DNA of 63,856 nucleotides, filler included, from Octopus bimaculoides (taxonomy: Eukaryota): the NCBI RefSeq assembly GCF_001194135.2. It is 6 parts of 5 records of this genome, joined end to end, with 100 filler letters (N's around TTAATTAATTAA, not from the genome) between each part and the next. Parts side by side here need not be neighbours in the genome. Positions count along the whole stretch, not along the records: positions 61,029 to 63,856 come from NC_068992.1; 5 more parts are not named here. One strand, given 5' to 3'. This document shows, piece by piece, positions 62,515 to 63,856 of this stretch. Numbering within the stretch: position 1 is the stretch's first letter; the number at the start of each line of letters is the position of its first letter. The position numbers and the translations under genes were made by a program. The notes beneath the pieces were generated by a model. That model did not search any database. It was not told the DNA's origin and was given only the letters and a program-made list of their open reading frames with translations.

Positions 62515-62850
62515 GGTATTTGTGTACTGATACTTCCAAGTTTGCCCATGATTCTTGGTACCATGTCCACTCCCTTCATTGCCCATAACGTGTGTATTTC
62601 CTACTTCAAGTCGTCATAGTTGTTCACCAGGACATGCTGTGTCAATTACCAGACATGACTTTCTTTTCTCTTCCCCACAACAATGTCAGGTTTCCGATGT
62701 CTAATCTGATACTCACACTGAACCATTGCATTCCACAAGGCTTTGCAATCCTCACTCCCAGTAACTCCTTCTGGGGTTTGGTCGCACCACGTCTCTCCCC
62801 ATCCTTTATGTAAATCCCCACACAAATTATTACCTGCTCTTGTGTTGTCC
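62515..62850 (-). mobile_element. R4/Dong-like LINE C-terminus with restriction-like endonuclease, decayed
   Basis: Minus strand WCDQTPEGV..KALWNAMVQ..RHRKPDIVV..CLVIDTACP..YDDLK*EI..LW..VDMVPRIMGKLG (RLE motif PDIVV..IIDVAxP..KYxDL). Confidence 0.8.
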
Positions 62851-62884
62851 CCCTCATTCTATGCTCCTGTGGCTGCCGAACAAA

Positions 62885-63064
62885 CTGATTAGCGGCATTT
62901 TGTCCGTCTTTACGTTCTGAGTTAAAATTCTACCGAGGTCGACTTTGTCTTTCATCTTTTTGGGGTCGATAAATTAAGTATCAGATGAGTGCCGGGGTCG
63001 TCGTAATCGACCACCCCCTACCCCACAAAACTGCAAGCGTTGTGCCAATATTAGAAAGGATTAT
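62885..63064 (+). mobile_element. SINE family A lacking its extreme 5' end
   Basis: TTAGCGGCATTTTGTCCG..GAGTTAAAATTCTACCGAGGTCGACTTTGTCTTTCATC..GGGGTCGATAAATTAAGTA..TAGAAAGGATTAT. Confidence 0.88.
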
Positions 63065-63824
63065 GATCGTTATTCCGCTTGTCGCACGGCATTTTGGTGA
63101 AGTAATACGGGTACCCAGCTGTCCACAACCAGTGTACTGGGATAGCGCCTTCTCCTAAGCATTCCAGCAGTTCCAAGGATGATGTTGTCTTCAATTTCCT
63201 TTATATATATATATGTTGTCTTCAATTTCCTTTATATATATTTTTTTTTAGTTTCAATTCTGGTGTTCTAAGTACCAAGCGCAGCAAGAACAATTGGCGC
63301 CATTGCAATCTTTTCCATCAACTACCCCCACCAATTTTGTAACGAATGATAAAGATTTCTGAGAGATGCAGAAATAATTGTATCGATTCCGGTACTGAAA
63401 TTGTCCTTTATTTTATCGATTATTTTACTAAAATTACTATAAAAATATAAATTTGTTTCCTGCTGGCAGAAATTGAACTCAGATTGGAAACCGCTGCAAC
63501 TAAATTCAACCGATTACTTCGTTCGTCTACCAATTCTTCGCTCTAGCAATTCAGCTAATATAGTTAATCATAATATAAGCCACAAGTTAACCATAGAAAA
63601 GAAGACAGTAATTGTGCTCCTGCTATTACAAAGATCAAAAGGACAGAGATATTAGTGCAGTGACGACCTTATTATGTTCAACACAGTATTGCTTGCTTAT
63701 TGAAGTATGTTATTCATTTAAGTTAATTTTCAGGTTTTATGTGTTATCTCAAGGGTTCTGTTATCTGGTATACACTACATTATGTGTATGATTGACTACA
63801 TTTGCATTCATGATCATATTATGC

Positions 63825-63855
<31 letters not shown>

Positions 63856-63856
63856 T

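Overview
AT-rich, repeat-dense eukaryotic DNA with many N-gaps. The SINE families and microsatellite load resemble those of octopod cephalopods (Octopus); this is recognition from memory, not a database search. I see no intact protein-coding gene, rRNA, true tRNA or CRISPR array. The ORF track consists of microsatellite translations, N-gap read-through, transposase/RT remnants and otherwise unrecognised short ORFs. Recognisable content: (i) three tRNA-derived SINE families, here called A (central motif GTCGACTTTGCCTTTCATCCTTTCGGGGTCGATAAATTAAGTACCAG), B (CORE-like CCTTGGGCAAGTGTCTT head, internal microsatellite, AAAAGAGT tail) and C (TTGAGCAA...TTTCACGTTGCTCCAGT); (ii) decayed DNA transposons: several Tc1/mariner, pogo/Tigger, hAT-Buster, Chapaev3-like, Helentron-associated HINEs and MITEs; (iii) decayed retroelements: Penelope-like RT, R4/Dong-like RT and RLE, RTE RT; (iv) assembly artefacts. 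The most interesting items are a small dispersed repeat family, once present as a head-to-head inverted pair, that carries permuted hammerhead-like core words; a foldback MITE with opposed 15-bp subrepeat arrays; and a few splice-site-bounded candidate micro-exons on the + strand, suggesting the window may be intronic to a long gene. I found no convincing novel multi-gene system.
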